The notes under the pieces are model-generated. The model worked only from the letters and a program-made list of their open reading frames with translations. It searched no databases and was not told where the DNA came from. 64,000 nucleotides of DNA from a virus (taxonomy: Duplodnaviria; Heunggongvirae; Uroviricota; Caudoviricetes). This document shows positions 36,643 through 45,940 of this stretch, one piece after another (the first letter of the stretch is position 1; the number at the start of each line of letters is the position of its first letter). The DNA is taken from IMG/VR virus record IMGVR_UViG_3300037466_003234. One strand, written 5' to 3'. The translations under genes and the position numbers were made by a program.

Positions 36643-39600
36643 TACGATAACTTCTCAAGATTAATAGCGTAAGGCGACGCGTTTGCCGTACCTCCGCTGG
36701 TGTTCCATCTGAGGTCAATTGTTTGAGATCCATTGACGGTAACTACGCAGTCGGTGTAAATTGCGTGCGTATCTCCTGAGCCTATGGCGCCGCCAGTTCT
36801 AACGAGAACGGTAACTGCGGTATCCGCCACTTGAACTCCGTTGGAGTAGATGCTGACGGTCACAAGCCTGTTGTTGGAAGTGGCCGAAACCACCGCTCTA
36901 GCGGTTACTCTATAGGTTCCTGCGGCAGGTGTGAGGGCCATGCCGGTCATCAAGGTGTCTGTAGTGCTTAGCGTAGTGATTACGGTGCTACTAGACGTTC
37001 TAAAGTTCGTAACAGTAACAGCGTGGGTGTGGTCTGCTCTTGCGAAGGAAGTTGCAGACCCTTGGGCATTAGCCGTGCTCGTAGAGATCGAAGTTGCAGC
37101 TGCCGTAGGGATGTTATGAACATGGTCAGCACGAGCAAAGCTGCTTGAGGTTCCAACTGCACTCGTCTGATCTGGAGCCTGTGCGGCAGCCGCAGCCGTA
37201 GGGATGTTATGAACATGGTCAGCACGAGCGAAATTAACGGACGTACCCGCACCGTTAGCTTGGTCAGGAGCCTGAGTAGAAGCTGCTCCAGAAGCGATAG
37301 CGTGGGTGTGGTCTGCGCGAGAGAACGACGTTGATCCACCTTGCGTGTTGATAGATCCAGCGTTTAGGGAGCTTGCAGCAGCCGTAGGGATGTTATGTAC
37401 GTGGTCAGCACGAGCAAGGTTATTTGATGTTCCAGCCGCGTTCACTTGGTCAGGATTCTGAGTAGCAGCTGCAGCGGTAGAAACGGCATGAATATGATCT
37501 GAGCGAGAGAAAGTGGCTCCGATACCTTGAGTGTTAGTGTTATTTGCTCCAATAGATCCGCTAGGCGCAGCCGTAGGGATGTTATGGACGTGGTCAGCAC
37601 GAGCTAGGTTGCCAGACGTTCCGGCAGCATTTGTTTGGTCTGGGATCTGAGAAGATGCTGCACCGGTTGCGATAGCGTGGCCGTGGTCTGCTCTAGAAAG
37701 TGCGTTTTGAGTACCTACCGCATTAGATCCGGTAGCGCTTAAGCCAATTCCCGCAGCTGTAGCTAGAGGATCGGCTCCATTTGGAAGGTGCCTTGAAGCG
37801 TGGGCAGTAACGTCTACGCCGTTAACAGTGCCAGCATTTAAGATATTATTTCCGGCCATGTCCAAAGAGCCAGACATAGCGCGAGATCCATCGCCTAGTA
37901 GGTATTGCTTATGATCGTCCTTATCTAGGCCAAGCAAGTTACCGTGCGTAGATGAAGCGGATATGCCAGATGCTTTGAAACCGATGACTGGGCGCTCGTC
38001 GCGAATCTCGATGAGGTTAGGATAGGTAGTGTTGCTTGCGTTTCCATCACCTTTGACGATAATAGAGGCAATGAGAGTGATACCATCGGTGAAATAAGAT
38101 GGTGGGCTTGGAATATTACCCTGCTCTGCTTCGGTAAGAGTTGAGAATTGATTCTGGCCGTACACAAGCATGTATTTCTCATCATCGTCGTCTCCTACGA
38201 TGTATAGAGAATGCTTAACATATTTACCGGCAGCAATTACCGCAAGTGTTCCAGACCCATCGTCATAATGGGAGTTATCCACGGTGCTAGTGGTGGTTTT
38301 AGTGTAAGTGCTACCGCCGCTGTTACGGAAGTAGGAAACAAAATTTCCTGCGCTTATACCTACAGGTTGGAATTTGTTTCCTGAAAAGTAAAATATGCCT
38401 GAGCTAATGTTTAGCTTTCTTGTGCCTGACTCAGTAACGATAGATCCAGAATCATAAATAGATCCAAGGGCATAGCGGTTAAAAATATCGTTCCTGTTAC
38501 TGGCGTGAGCAGCTACGAAAGGCGACGTATCGATGATCTCAACGCCAGCGCTATCGGTAACTACCCGACCAAATAAGATATTTTGTTCAGTATTTGGCAT
38601 GGTGCTCGAATAGCTGAGGACGCCATCAACATTCACATAGATATAAGAAGAGGTATTGGCAGGCAATGCGATCGATAGGTTTGACCAATCGTAGCGCTTA
38701 AGAGTGCCGGTATCCGCTGTCATCACATAGCCAAAGCCGGCTTCCACGTTAATTGAAAGACCGCTACCTGGAGTTATATCTCCACCCTGAATAAGACCGA
38801 TCGCAGTTCCATGCTCTAGGAGTGGTCTCACGTCAACAGCCGTGGTATGCGTATCTCCCAAATACAATGCGCCAATAGCGGTGAAGCTATTGATAACTGG
38901 GTCGGTGTAAGAGATGGAGATGGTACCGTGGGTTGCGAGCGATGTTTTAGAGCGTTCGAAAGATCCTTCAATACTGCCGGTCGAAAGAGGATGTTCGATC
39001 AAAATATGTTGAGCAGTTTGATTAATTTGAAGTCCGAAGATCTTAACTTTAGGCGCCGCACCGTTGTTAAGTCCATGTAGTCCTGTAGCAAGTCCTTTTA
39101 CGGAAATACTTTGAAAATCAAGCTCTGTACCGTCATAAAATTCTGTGAAAGTGCCGCCGTTACTTTGACCATAGACATTGCTTAACAATACGAGGGTGTT
39201 TACGCCCGATGCTTTAATGAAAGCTTCTGCTGGAGGATTATAGACAGTAGTGAATCCAAAGTTTGTGACGATAAGATATGCCATTGCATTGTTGGCGTTA
39301 TCGATGACAAATCCATTCGTAAAGGCACTAGCGCCGATAGTTGGCGTTTCAAGCTGTAGGAATGCTGGAACTGAAGGGAATGATGCATGGCAATATGCGT
39401 GCGTTTGATTCGCATCAAATTGACAGTTGCTAGCATAGAAAATGCCCGGCACGTCCGTTGGCGAAAAGTAAATACCGTAACTATAGGTAGCGCCTACAAT
39501 TGCTAGATTGTAAATAGCAGCGTTAGCGCAGGCGATGAATACCGGCTCGGTAGGATCTTTAGCCTGAATAACAGTCAGTTTCCTCTCGGCACCAGAGATA

Positions 39601-40172
39601 GCGATATATGGCTTCATTACGATCGTATCTTCTACGTAAGTGCCAATCCCTACCTTGATGAGATATTGATTTGAGACGGATGAGTCTGTGATCGAATCTA
39701 CGGCTGCCTTTAGGGAACTAAAGTGATTTGGAGTAGAAGTGTCGCCTTTGGTGACATAGATAATGTTTTTGTCTGGAAAGAGCCTGGAATTGAAAGAGTC
39801 GTAGTCGGCCTTAGAAATTAAGCCGGAAGTAACCCCTGGTGACGATGCTTGGGGAATATTAATCGTGTTAATGTTGTCGCCAGACTGAGACCAGTTAGGT
39901 GCGGTTCCTGCTGCGCCAGTATTTAGGATCTGCTGTCTGTTTGTGAGTCCGTTGAGGGAACTAAGACCATACGCCTTTGTCCAAGAATCGGTAGTGATAT
40001 CGTAGGTCTCAAGGGACTTTACGTCGGTGTTGTAAATCAAAAGTCCGTTTTGAACGTTGCCTAACTGATCGCGTTCAGCGCTGGTTAGACTTGGAATATA
40101 AAGACCGCTACCCTCGATAGTAAGGAATTCGCCTGAGAAAGGGGTGATATTGTTGACTTTAATTTTACTCAT
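36642..40172 (-). CDS. tail fibre / receptor-binding protein with DHxH tandem repeats
   Basis: 1176 aa. Gly/Ser/Thr/Asn-rich beta-rich composition. C-terminal region holds 8 repeats of (L/F)(A/S)R(A/S)DH(V/T/I/G)H; HxH motifs like the metal-binding needle of T4-type fibres. Confidence 0.75.
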   Translation of the reverse strand: MSKIKVNNITPFSGEFLTIEGSGLYIPSLTSAERDQLGNVQNGLLIYNTDVKSLETYDITTDSWTKAYGLSSLNGLTNRQQILNTGAAGTAPNWSQSGDNINTINIPQASSPGVTSGLISKADYDSFNSRLFPDKNIIYVTKGDTSTPNHFSSLKAAVDSITDSSVSNQYLIKVGIGTYVEDTIVMKPYIAISGAERKLTVIQAKDPTEPVFIACANAAIYNLAIVGATYSYGIYFSPTDVPGIFYASNCQFDANQTHAYCHASFPSVPAFLQLETPTIGASAFTNGFVIDNANNAMAYLIVTNFGFTTVYNPPAEAFIKASGVNTLVLLSNVYGQSNGGTFTEFYDGTELDFQSISVKGLATGLHGLNNGAAPKVKIFGLQINQTAQHILIEHPLSTGSIEGSFERSKTSLATHGTISISYTDPVINSFTAIGALYLGDTHTTAVDVRPLLEHGTAIGLIQGGDITPGSGLSINVEAGFGYVMTADTGTLKRYDWSNLSIALPANTSSYIYVNVDGVLSYSSTMPNTEQNILFGRVVTDSAGVEIIDTSPFVAAHASNRNDIFNRYALGSIYDSGSIVTESGTRKLNISSGIFYFSGNKFQPVGISAGNFVSYFRNSGGSTYTKTTTSTVDNSHYDDGSGTLAVIAAGKYVKHSLYIVGDDDDEKYMLVYGQNQFSTLTEAEQGNIPSPPSYFTDGITLIASIIVKGDGNASNTTYPNLIEIRDERPVIGFKASGISASSTHGNLLGLDKDDHKQYLLGDGSRAMSGSLDMAGNNILNAGTVNGVDVTAHASRHLPNGADPLATAAGIGLSATGSNAVGTQNALSRADHGHAIATGAASSQIPDQTNAAGTSGNLARADHVHNIPTAAPSGSIGANNTNTQGIGATFSRSDHIHAVSTAAAATQNPDQVNAAGTSNNLARADHVHNIPTAAASSLNAGSINTQGGSTSFSRADHTHAIASGAASTQAPDQANGAGTSVNFARADHVHNIPTAAAAAQAPDQTSAVGTSSSFARADHVHNIPTAAATSISTSTANAQGSATSFARADHTHAVTVTNFRTSSSTVITTLSTTDTLMTGMALTPAAGTYRVTARAVVSATSNNRLVTVSIYSNGVQVADTAVTVLVRTGGAIGSGDTHAIYTDCVVTVNGSQTIDLRWNTSGGTANASPYAINLEKLS
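37000..37720. repeat. tandem DNA repeats inside the tail fibre gene
   Basis: GCCGTAGGGATGTTATG(A/T/G)ACRTGGTCAGCACGAGC recurs at about 37108, 37195, 37380 and 37567, alternating with AGCGTGGGTGTGGTCTGC-type units. Confidence 0.7.
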
Positions 40173-40176
40173 AGGA

Positions 40177-40386
40177 TTATAGAACGATTAGTTCCCCTCC
40201 GTCTTGGACTTCGATAGTCATGTCATCTGGAATGCAAAGGTTTGGATAAACTCTGGTGTAGCCATTCATAACGACGAATGGAGCTTTGGCGACATTGCGC
40301 ACCGTAAAGCCCATTTCAAGATCGTTAATGATCTGAAGTTCGTTAGTGAACGGATTTAATGCTGGCTTTGTTCTATTCTGTGCCAT
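40177..40386 (-). CDS. hypothetical small protein
   Basis: ORF coupled to the tail fibre gene. Confidence 0.45.
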   Translation of the reverse strand: MAQNRTKPALNPFTNELQIINDLEMGFTVRNVAKAPFVVMNGYTRVYPNLCIPDDMTIEVQDGGELIVL

Positions 40387-41147
40387 TATGTCACCTTCAC
40401 GTTGGTCATATTGCCGAACTCATCGTACTGCATCGTGAGAGTTGCTACGGCCTGACCGTTAAGCTTATAGGTAGCTCCCGACATATCTTGAGTGTCGGGG
40501 TCATAAGAGATGGAGATCTCGTCATATGGAACCTTGACGAGAGTGTTACGTTTAACGGTTTGTAGTGAACCTTGCCCGGCAGGCCCATCAGGTTGAACGG
40601 CGACTTCAGCGTTTTGATCGCCAATACGAACGGAGTCAGCGGGGGAGTCAGGAGCCTTAGTGCCAGTTTTTGAGGATAGCGCGACGTTAATTTCAGCATT
40701 AACGGTGCCGATGTTAATTGATCCGTCACTGAGCCTTACAGGGAGAGGGTTTGAGGTCTCGTAATAGCGCCCTAGCTGGTCCACCAAGACGTTTCTATAG
40801 GCTACGGCAGGCTCTTGGTCATAGACCGCCATTTCGCGGTCCTGTTGGGTTAACTCGGTCTTTGGCTGCTCTTCAGCGAAGATGTAGGCACCGGCAGAAA
40901 CCGTATAGGAGGTAAGGTTTAGATTTCGGTCAGTAATCTTGCCGCCCATTTTGGTCACGATCATTTGGGTATCGGACAAGACGCGACAGACTAGGACAGG
41001 GAGATTGGGCTGGCCTGGACATGTAATGGCCGCAGTAGCTTTAACTTTGAAGCCACGCGTATTTGCGACAGTGACTAAGCCTGTGGACGTACCATCGCTT
41101 GTAAAGAGCTGCGGGGCGACCGCAGGCCATTTCTTTTCTATAGCCAT
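40386..41147 (-). CDS. hypothetical virion-module protein
   Basis: AAGGAAA SD. First gene downstream of the tRNA cluster. Confidence 0.55.
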   Translation of the reverse strand: MAIEKKWPAVAPQLFTSDGTSTGLVTVANTRGFKVKATAAITCPGQPNLPVLVCRVLSDTQMIVTKMGGKITDRNLNLTSYTVSAGAYIFAEEQPKTELTQQDREMAVYDQEPAVAYRNVLVDQLGRYYETSNPLPVRLSDGSINIGTVNAEINVALSSKTGTKAPDSPADSVRIGDQNAEVAVQPDGPAGQGSLQTVKRNTLVKVPYDEISISYDPDTQDMSGATYKLNGQAVATLTMQYDEFGNMTNVKVT

Positions 41148-41212
41148 ACCATTTCCTTAAAGTCTCAACCCTATGAGACTATTTAAAGATTAGGCTTCTA
41201 GATATGAAATAA

Positions 41213-41288
41213 TGGTCCGAGGGGAGGGAATTGCACCCTCATTTCCGGGTTCGGAAGCCGGCGTTTTAGCTAATTAAACTACCCAAGG
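41213..41288 (-). tRNA. tRNA-like gene, anticodon CCG (Arg) predicted, non-canonical
   Basis: CCA encoded. T-arm GAGGG-TGCAATT-CCCTC. D-stem GTTT/AAAC. Anticodon loop TTCCGAA with a C-C mismatch at the closing pair. Acceptor mismatches at 3-70 and 4-69. Confidence 0.45.
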
Positions 41289-41375
41289 GGCTGTGATGGC
41301 TTTGGGTGAAAAATCAGGTTGTTCGGGCTTGCCAGTAACTCAAATTAGCTATATCGCAAGTACACTTGGAATAAA

Positions 41376-41451
41376 TGGTCCGAGGGGAGGGAATTGCACC
41401 CTCATTTTCTCCTTCACAGGGAGATGTTCTATCTCGCTAAACTACCCAAGG
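41376..41451 (-). tRNA. tRNA-His (GTG), shares acceptor and T-arm with the previous gene
   Basis: Perfect anticodon stem TCTCC/GGAGA, loop CTGTGAA. 3' 31 nt and 5' 14 nt identical to the 41213 gene. CCA encoded. Confidence 0.55.
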
Positions 41452-41461
41452 GACGTTAAAG

Positions 41462-41538
41462 TGGCGGGGCCAGGGGGATTCGAACCCCCGATCTCTGCCG
41501 TGACAGGGCAGCGCATTAGGCCGCTATGCTATGACCCC
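41462..41538 (-). tRNA. tRNA-Asp (GTC)
   Basis: Canonical cloverleaf. T-loop TTCGAAT. Anticodon loop CTGTCAC. CCA encoded. Confidence 0.8.
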
Positions 41539-41543
41539 AAAAA

Positions 41544-41620
41544 TGGCGCACTCCCTGAGACTCGAACTCAGCGCTTACGGTTTAACAGACCGTCTTCTCC
41601 ACCCGGTAGAACTGGAGTGC
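41544..41620 (-). tRNA. tRNA-Asn (GTT)
   Basis: Acceptor GCACTCC/GGAGTGC. Anticodon loop CTGTTAA. T-loop TTCGAGT. CCA encoded. Confidence 0.8.
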
Positions 41621-41625
41621 AAACT

Positions 41626-41702
41626 TGGTAGCGGGTAGAGGTATCGCACCTCTCTGCTAGGCTTATGAGACCTGGCTGGATCTATCTCCAGTCGAACCCG
41701 CT
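41626..41702 (-). tRNA. tRNA-Met/Ile2-like (CAT), non-canonical D-arm and T-loop
   Basis: Acceptor AGCGGGT/ACCCGCT. Anticodon loop CTCATAA. T-arm AGAGG-TGCGATA-CCTCT. Two extra nt before the D-stem. Confidence 0.45.
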
Positions 41703-41723
41703 AAATTAACTTTCCTTTCATTC

Positions 41724-41750
41724 CCCGCCAGGCCCTACTTGCCTGGCGGG
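41724..41750. other. perfect 10-bp GC-rich hairpin between tRNA genes
   Basis: CCCGCCAGGC-cctactt-GCCTGGCGGG. Possible processing or termination element. Confidence 0.35.
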
Positions 41751-41760
41751 ATTTCAAACA

Positions 41761-41836
41761 TGGTGCCTGCTCTTGGTTCCGCTCCAAGTCCTCTAGCTCT
41801 TCAGGCTAGCGCTTCTACTAAGTTAGCTTAGCAGGC
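41761..41836 (-). tRNA. tRNA-Phe (GAA)
   Basis: Acceptor GCCTGCT/AGCAGGC. Anticodon stem CTAGC/GCTAG, loop CTGAAGA. T-loop AGCGGAA atypical. Confidence 0.6.
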
Positions 41837-41841
41837 AAAAT

Positions 41842-41917
41842 TGGTCGGGAAAGCACGATTCGAACGTGCGACCTCCTGTATCCAAAACAGGCCGTCTGAC
41901 CACTGACTTATTTCCCG
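41842..41917 (-). tRNA. tRNA-Pro (TGG)
   Basis: Acceptor CGGGAAA/TTTCCCG. Anticodon stem CCTGT/ACAGG, loop TTTGGAT. T-arm GCACG-TTCGAAT-CGTGC. CCA encoded. Confidence 0.8.
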
Positions 41918-41924
41918 ATTTTAA

Positions 41925-41966
41925 ACCTTATAAAATAAAAAAGCCTCCAAACTTTCGTTGGGAGGC
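41925..41966 (-). terminator. intrinsic terminator for minus-strand transcripts
   Basis: Hairpin GCCTCC...GGAGGC followed on the minus strand by TTTTTTATTTTAT. Confidence 0.55.
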
Positions 41967-42164
41967 CTGTGTTCTTGTTAATTGTACAATAGTGAACACA
42001 AGCCTACATATCAGGGCAATCCTTATTAAAATTATGTTTCGGCATGTGTTTTTGCACAGTAAAATTCCTTATATCTTTATAGATTAGTACGCACTAAAGA
42101 ATATATCATATGAAAAATTACTTAAAAGCGAAAAAATCACTAATTTTAGTAATTTTTAATATTA

Positions 42165-42234
42165 CCGGGGTGCCGTGGTATCGAACCACGCAACTAGTAT
42201 TCGGGCTATTAGACCCTGGCGACCTGCACACCCC
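42165..42234 (-). tRNA. degenerate tRNA-like element (pseudo-tRNA?)
   Basis: Canonical T-arm CGTGG-TTCGATA-CCACG and pairing acceptor GGGGTGT/GCACCCC. D/anticodon region does not fold canonically. No CCA. Confidence 0.25.
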
Positions 42235-42341
42235 AGATTTTCAGATTACAATATAATATGTTAATTCGTTAATGTCAAATAAAAAGGGGCCGACGAATTA
42301 ACGCCGGCCCCGCCTTCAACCCTGAAGTTTATGGGAGGTGA

Positions 42342-42791
42342 TTAGGGGAGGCTTACAGCGCCAGCACCTTCATCTTGAGCACCAGATTCGTCACTTAGAC
42401 GTAGGCCGGTGTAGTTGATGGTGAAACGGCTTGTAGCTCTGGAGTTGTGGTTGCCGTTATATCCGGTAGCCACGCAACCGATAGCGGTTAGGATAGCTTG
42501 GCCAGTTTGACGGTCAACTACGGCAATCGTCACGCCTTCTAGGGTTAGAAGATCCTGAAGCTTAGGAGCTTTAGGAAGTGCGTGAGGTCCGTTACCAATT
42601 ACGCGGAAGCCACCGCATGAGAGGGTGACAGCTTCATAGCTGGTAGGGGTGATTTCGTCTGGGCTGAAACGGCCAAGTAGATGGATTGGCTCAACCCCGA
42701 CACTCATATTGTATGTACAAGTTTCGAAGACACCGACTAGTGCGTTATCCACGTAAACTTTGGCTCTTGCGCCTGTCATTACTTTCGACAT
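42342..42791 (-). CDS. tail tube protein
   Basis: 149 aa directly downstream of the sheath gene. AKVYVDNALVG...RFSPDE...LSCGGFRV is tube-like. Confidence 0.6.
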   Translation of the reverse strand: MSKVMTGARAKVYVDNALVGVFETCTYNMSVGVEPIHLLGRFSPDEITPTSYEAVTLSCGGFRVIGNGPHALPKAPKLQDLLTLEGVTIAVVDRQTGQAILTAIGCVATGYNGNHNSRATSRFTINYTGLRLSDESGAQDEGAGAVSLP

Positions 42792-42822
42792 TGTTTATCT
42801 CCTTAAATTCGTTAAGCCCAAA

Positions 42823-44964
42823 TTACCCAGCGTTTTGCTGAACCTGCGAGAGGCTGATTGCAATTGGGATGAAGTACACGCTGGTTGCGAGCTTCGCTTC
42901 CACAGAAACATCCATCTCTGGTCCAGAGATCGATACTTTTGCGTTCTTGAATCCGAGCGGAGCGTCGTCAGAAGCCGCAGTCATCTTTAGCTTCTTATAT
43001 CCGTCAAACTTCTGAGCCAAGAAAGCTAGTGCGGTAGCAGCGTCAACGTCTGCCAAGGACTTACCGACGAAAGCCTTTTGGAAGCTGTCAGCGAGGTCGA
43101 GGGCAAGGATGTCTGCCAAGTACACAGCCTGGATGCTGTTGTAGACGAAGTTAGTGTCGAAGCCGTAAGTGGTTTGGTCAGAAACCCAACGATTTCCTGC
43201 TGCATCCTTAGTGAGGATGAGGAGGCCAGCGTCGAGTGCGTCTTCAACGTCGCCAGGGCTACCAGAGTCGAGACCGCTTGGGTCAACGAAGCTAATAACG
43301 TTTGCGAACTTGTTGGTGATGGACTTATAGAATCCACCAGCTTGCATACCTGCTGCGACTGCAGCGCCGTACCAAGGCATGAACGTAACGACGTTACCGG
43401 AAGCGTCTACTTGGGAAACCTTTTGGCATGTTAGAGATGCGCGGTAGTTTGCCAAGGATTGAGAAGCTGCCTTAACGTTCGAAAAGCTATCCCAGATGGA
43501 GAGCATTGCGATACGATTGCGCTTGAGCTTAGGCGTGCTGTATTGGATGCAGTGAGACTTAACGATCGCGTGAATTGCCGAGATCGTGTAAGCCGAAGTG
43601 CTGTCCGTGAGGCCATCAGCGATGTCGTCAGCAGCGTCGCGGCTGAAGAGTGGAACGATGATGTTGCACTGAATACCAGCAAGCTGGTTAACAGCGTTAA
43701 CGATATCGTTTGCCGAGGTAGCGCCACGAGCGCCGCCAGCAAGGTAGGCTGGAGCAGACATAACGCCTGGGAGACCTGCCTTAGCGGTAGCAACGAACTC
43801 CACAGCGTGGGAGGTAGCCATTGCCTTCTTGAATGCTGCCATAGCGCTCTTCACGCGGCCTGCCTTAGCTGCTGGAGAAGCGATTCCGATTGCGGAAACT
43901 TCGTCAAGAGCCGAAGGAGCTTGCTGCTGAGCTTTAGCGGAAGCAGAAGCGCTGTATCCAGGCTGAGAAGCGATGTAAGATGCTAGGTCTGCGATCGTGC
44001 GGAACTGGCTCATGTCGATGCTGAGGTTAGAACCTGATCCACCGGTAACCGTCGTGGAGAGGGTTCCAGAAGCGATCGAAAGAGTTGCAGTCGTGCCAGC
44101 ATAACCAACCATGAGGGCAACTTCTGCGTTAACATCGATCGTTTCGCTGAGGCCGGTATCTGGACGAGAGATAGCGACTTCAACGCCTGGCTCTTGAGCG
44201 GAAACAACGAGTCCAGCCGAAAGGCCGAGAGCAGCGAGATCGCCAGCTTGAGCGTCAATGAGTTCAAACGACTTGCCCCAACCCTTACGGTTAGCGGAAG
44301 CGTCAACTGCAACCGTTAGCTTGATGCTATTGGATGCCGTTCCTGGTGCGGCGGTGATGCCAGCAGGAAGTTGAGCATTAAGTTCGGTGCAAAGAGCAGC
44401 GACCGTATTGTGGTCCGAAGACGTGGTGCTGAGGGTAACGGTTGTCTTAGCGCCGCCGTTCAAGCGAACGTCGAACGTTAGACCGTTAAGAGCAGATCCA
44501 AGGGCTGCGATCGTGTCACCGCTAACGGTAGGAGCAGATTCAGCAGCGATTTGGGTGATTTGGAACTTATACTTGTTTCCAGACTTACCAACGTTCTGAT
44601 CTTTGAAGGTACCGAAGTCGCTATCAACGATAGCGGAAGCCTTGGTGCCTTGGTTCGTCTTAACGATGTAGACGAGGTTAGCAGATCCGCTGATGTCAGC
44701 GTCGCTCGATGGAGCAGAAAGAGCGCGGAAAGCGTCTACGATCTGGCCGCTCTGATAAGCCTGGGTGACTTTATCGAGCTGGTCAGGGGTGAATGCGTTG
44801 TCCTTGAGGGCAACTTCTTGGTAGCTGGCGCCGCCATCGGCTTCACCGATAATAACGACAATACCAGAAGCTCCAAGACCTACTGGGTTACTTTTAACAG
44901 TAACGTTAGGATAAGCACCTGGAATATTGGTGTTTACAAAGCTTGTAACTAGTCTTTGAGACAT
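42823..44964 (-). CDS. contractile tail sheath protein
   Basis: 713 aa. N-terminus NIPGAYPNVTV...GIVVIIGEADGG and C-terminus NRWVSDQTTYGFDTNFVYNSIQAVYLADILALDLADSFQKAFVGK resemble the sheath N/C domains. Followed by the tube gene. Confidence 0.75.
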   Translation of the reverse strand: MSQRLVTSFVNTNIPGAYPNVTVKSNPVGLGASGIVVIIGEADGGASYQEVALKDNAFTPDQLDKVTQAYQSGQIVDAFRALSAPSSDADISGSANLVYIVKTNQGTKASAIVDSDFGTFKDQNVGKSGNKYKFQITQIAAESAPTVSGDTIAALGSALNGLTFDVRLNGGAKTTVTLSTTSSDHNTVAALCTELNAQLPAGITAAPGTASNSIKLTVAVDASANRKGWGKSFELIDAQAGDLAALGLSAGLVVSAQEPGVEVAISRPDTGLSETIDVNAEVALMVGYAGTTATLSIASGTLSTTVTGGSGSNLSIDMSQFRTIADLASYIASQPGYSASASAKAQQQAPSALDEVSAIGIASPAAKAGRVKSAMAAFKKAMATSHAVEFVATAKAGLPGVMSAPAYLAGGARGATSANDIVNAVNQLAGIQCNIIVPLFSRDAADDIADGLTDSTSAYTISAIHAIVKSHCIQYSTPKLKRNRIAMLSIWDSFSNVKAASQSLANYRASLTCQKVSQVDASGNVVTFMPWYGAAVAAGMQAGGFYKSITNKFANVISFVDPSGLDSGSPGDVEDALDAGLLILTKDAAGNRWVSDQTTYGFDTNFVYNSIQAVYLADILALDLADSFQKAFVGKSLADVDAATALAFLAQKFDGYKKLKMTAASDDAPLGFKNAKVSISGPEMDVSVEAKLATSVYFIPIAISLSQVQQNAG

Positions 44965-44980
44965 GTTGGTTTCTCCTTAA

Positions 44981-45289
44981 TTAACTAATCTTTTTAAGTC
45001 CGAAATGTTTGAGACCTTGTTCAAACTTCTCGGGTTCGTCCATCTTGGTAGCCTTCAAGTGTAGCCACAAGATTTGTTCTAGGTCTTTGGACTTTCCGTA
45101 CTTGTATTTTTCGCGTGCCCAAAAAAGTCTAAATTCTTCTCTCTTCTCTTCATCTGAAAGCTGCTTTTTAGCAGGCTTCGCTAAGGAAGCTCTAAAAGCG
45201 CGGGCTTCTTCAGCCGTCATTTCGGCTGTAGCGGTCTCTTCAAGAGCTTCAATCAATTCTTGCCCTAGGCTTTTATCTTTCTTAGCCAT
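44981..45289 (-). CDS. hypothetical charged protein
   Basis: ORF in the tail module. Confidence 0.5.
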   Translation of the reverse strand: MAKKDKSLGQELIEALEETATAEMTAEEARAFRASLAKPAKKQLSDEEKREEFRLFWAREKYKYGKSKDLEQILWLHLKATKMDEPEKFEQGLKHFGLKKIS

Positions 45290-45633
45290 TATTCCGCCTT
45301 TGGAGCCTCTTGAGCAGGAGCCTCTTTTGCAGGGGCTTCAGCTTCGGGAGCTTCTTTCTTTTGTCCGCGTTTGTGTTCCATACGGCCCAAGAATTTAGCG
45401 AGTTTGAGATGGCCCTTGAGGTGGCCTTCGGCAGCTTCGGCTTCAGGGTTTTCACCCATATGTTGGTCAACTAGACTTTCAACTTCTTCGCCGAGCTTAG
45501 CGTCTTCTTTTTCGTCTGGATTAGCGGCTGGCACTTCTGCCTTAGCAAGCTTCGAATTCTTAATAACCTCTTCGGCCTTCTTAAGAACGGCTAGAGCAGC
45601 TTCTTTAGCGCTAATTTTCTTTTCGTCTGCCAT
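45289..45633 (-). CDS. Lys/Glu/Ala-rich hypothetical protein
   Basis: ORF coupled downstream. Confidence 0.5.
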   Translation of the reverse strand: MADEKKISAKEAALAVLKKAEEVIKNSKLAKAEVPAANPDEKEDAKLGEEVESLVDQHMGENPEAEAAEGHLKGHLKLAKFLGRMEHKRGQKKEAPEAEAPAKEAPAQEAPKAE

Positions 45634-45662
45634 AAGTTAAAACCTCTTGTACTCCAATAAGA

Positions 45663-45926
45663 TTATCGCTTTGATCTAGTCTTCTCTAGAAAAGCCCTTA
45701 AATTCTCAATACTTGGCTTTTTTATCTTGCCAAAATCCTCGGATTTAAAGAACAAAGATGGCTTTCCAAATGGGTCAGGCATCTTCTTTGATTTCGGCGT
45801 CTTAACGGTTGCCTGGGTTCCCACCTTCATCGGAGATTTCATACCCCCACCGCCAGCGCTAGCCGACGGAAGCAATGTTCCTGGGTTTGAAAGGTTTTCA
45901 CCGATTTTAGGAATCTTGGCGTCCAT
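45663..45926 (-). CDS. hypothetical basic protein
   Basis: ORF. Confidence 0.45.
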   Translation of the reverse strand: MDAKIPKIGENLSNPGTLLPSASAGGGGMKSPMKVGTQATVKTPKSKKMPDPFGKPSLFFKSEDFGKIKKPSIENLRAFLEKTRSKR

Positions 45927-45940
45927 AAGCTAAAGATTAC

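Noticed and set aside
36931-38185. Several 60-120-aa ORFs on both strands within the tail-fibre repeat region
   Set aside because: They are generated by the tandem DNA repeats. All overlap the 1176-aa fibre gene.
41289-41375. 87-nt spacer between the first two tRNA-like genes as another tRNA
   Set aside because: No acceptor-stem complementarity or T-arm could be folded by eye.
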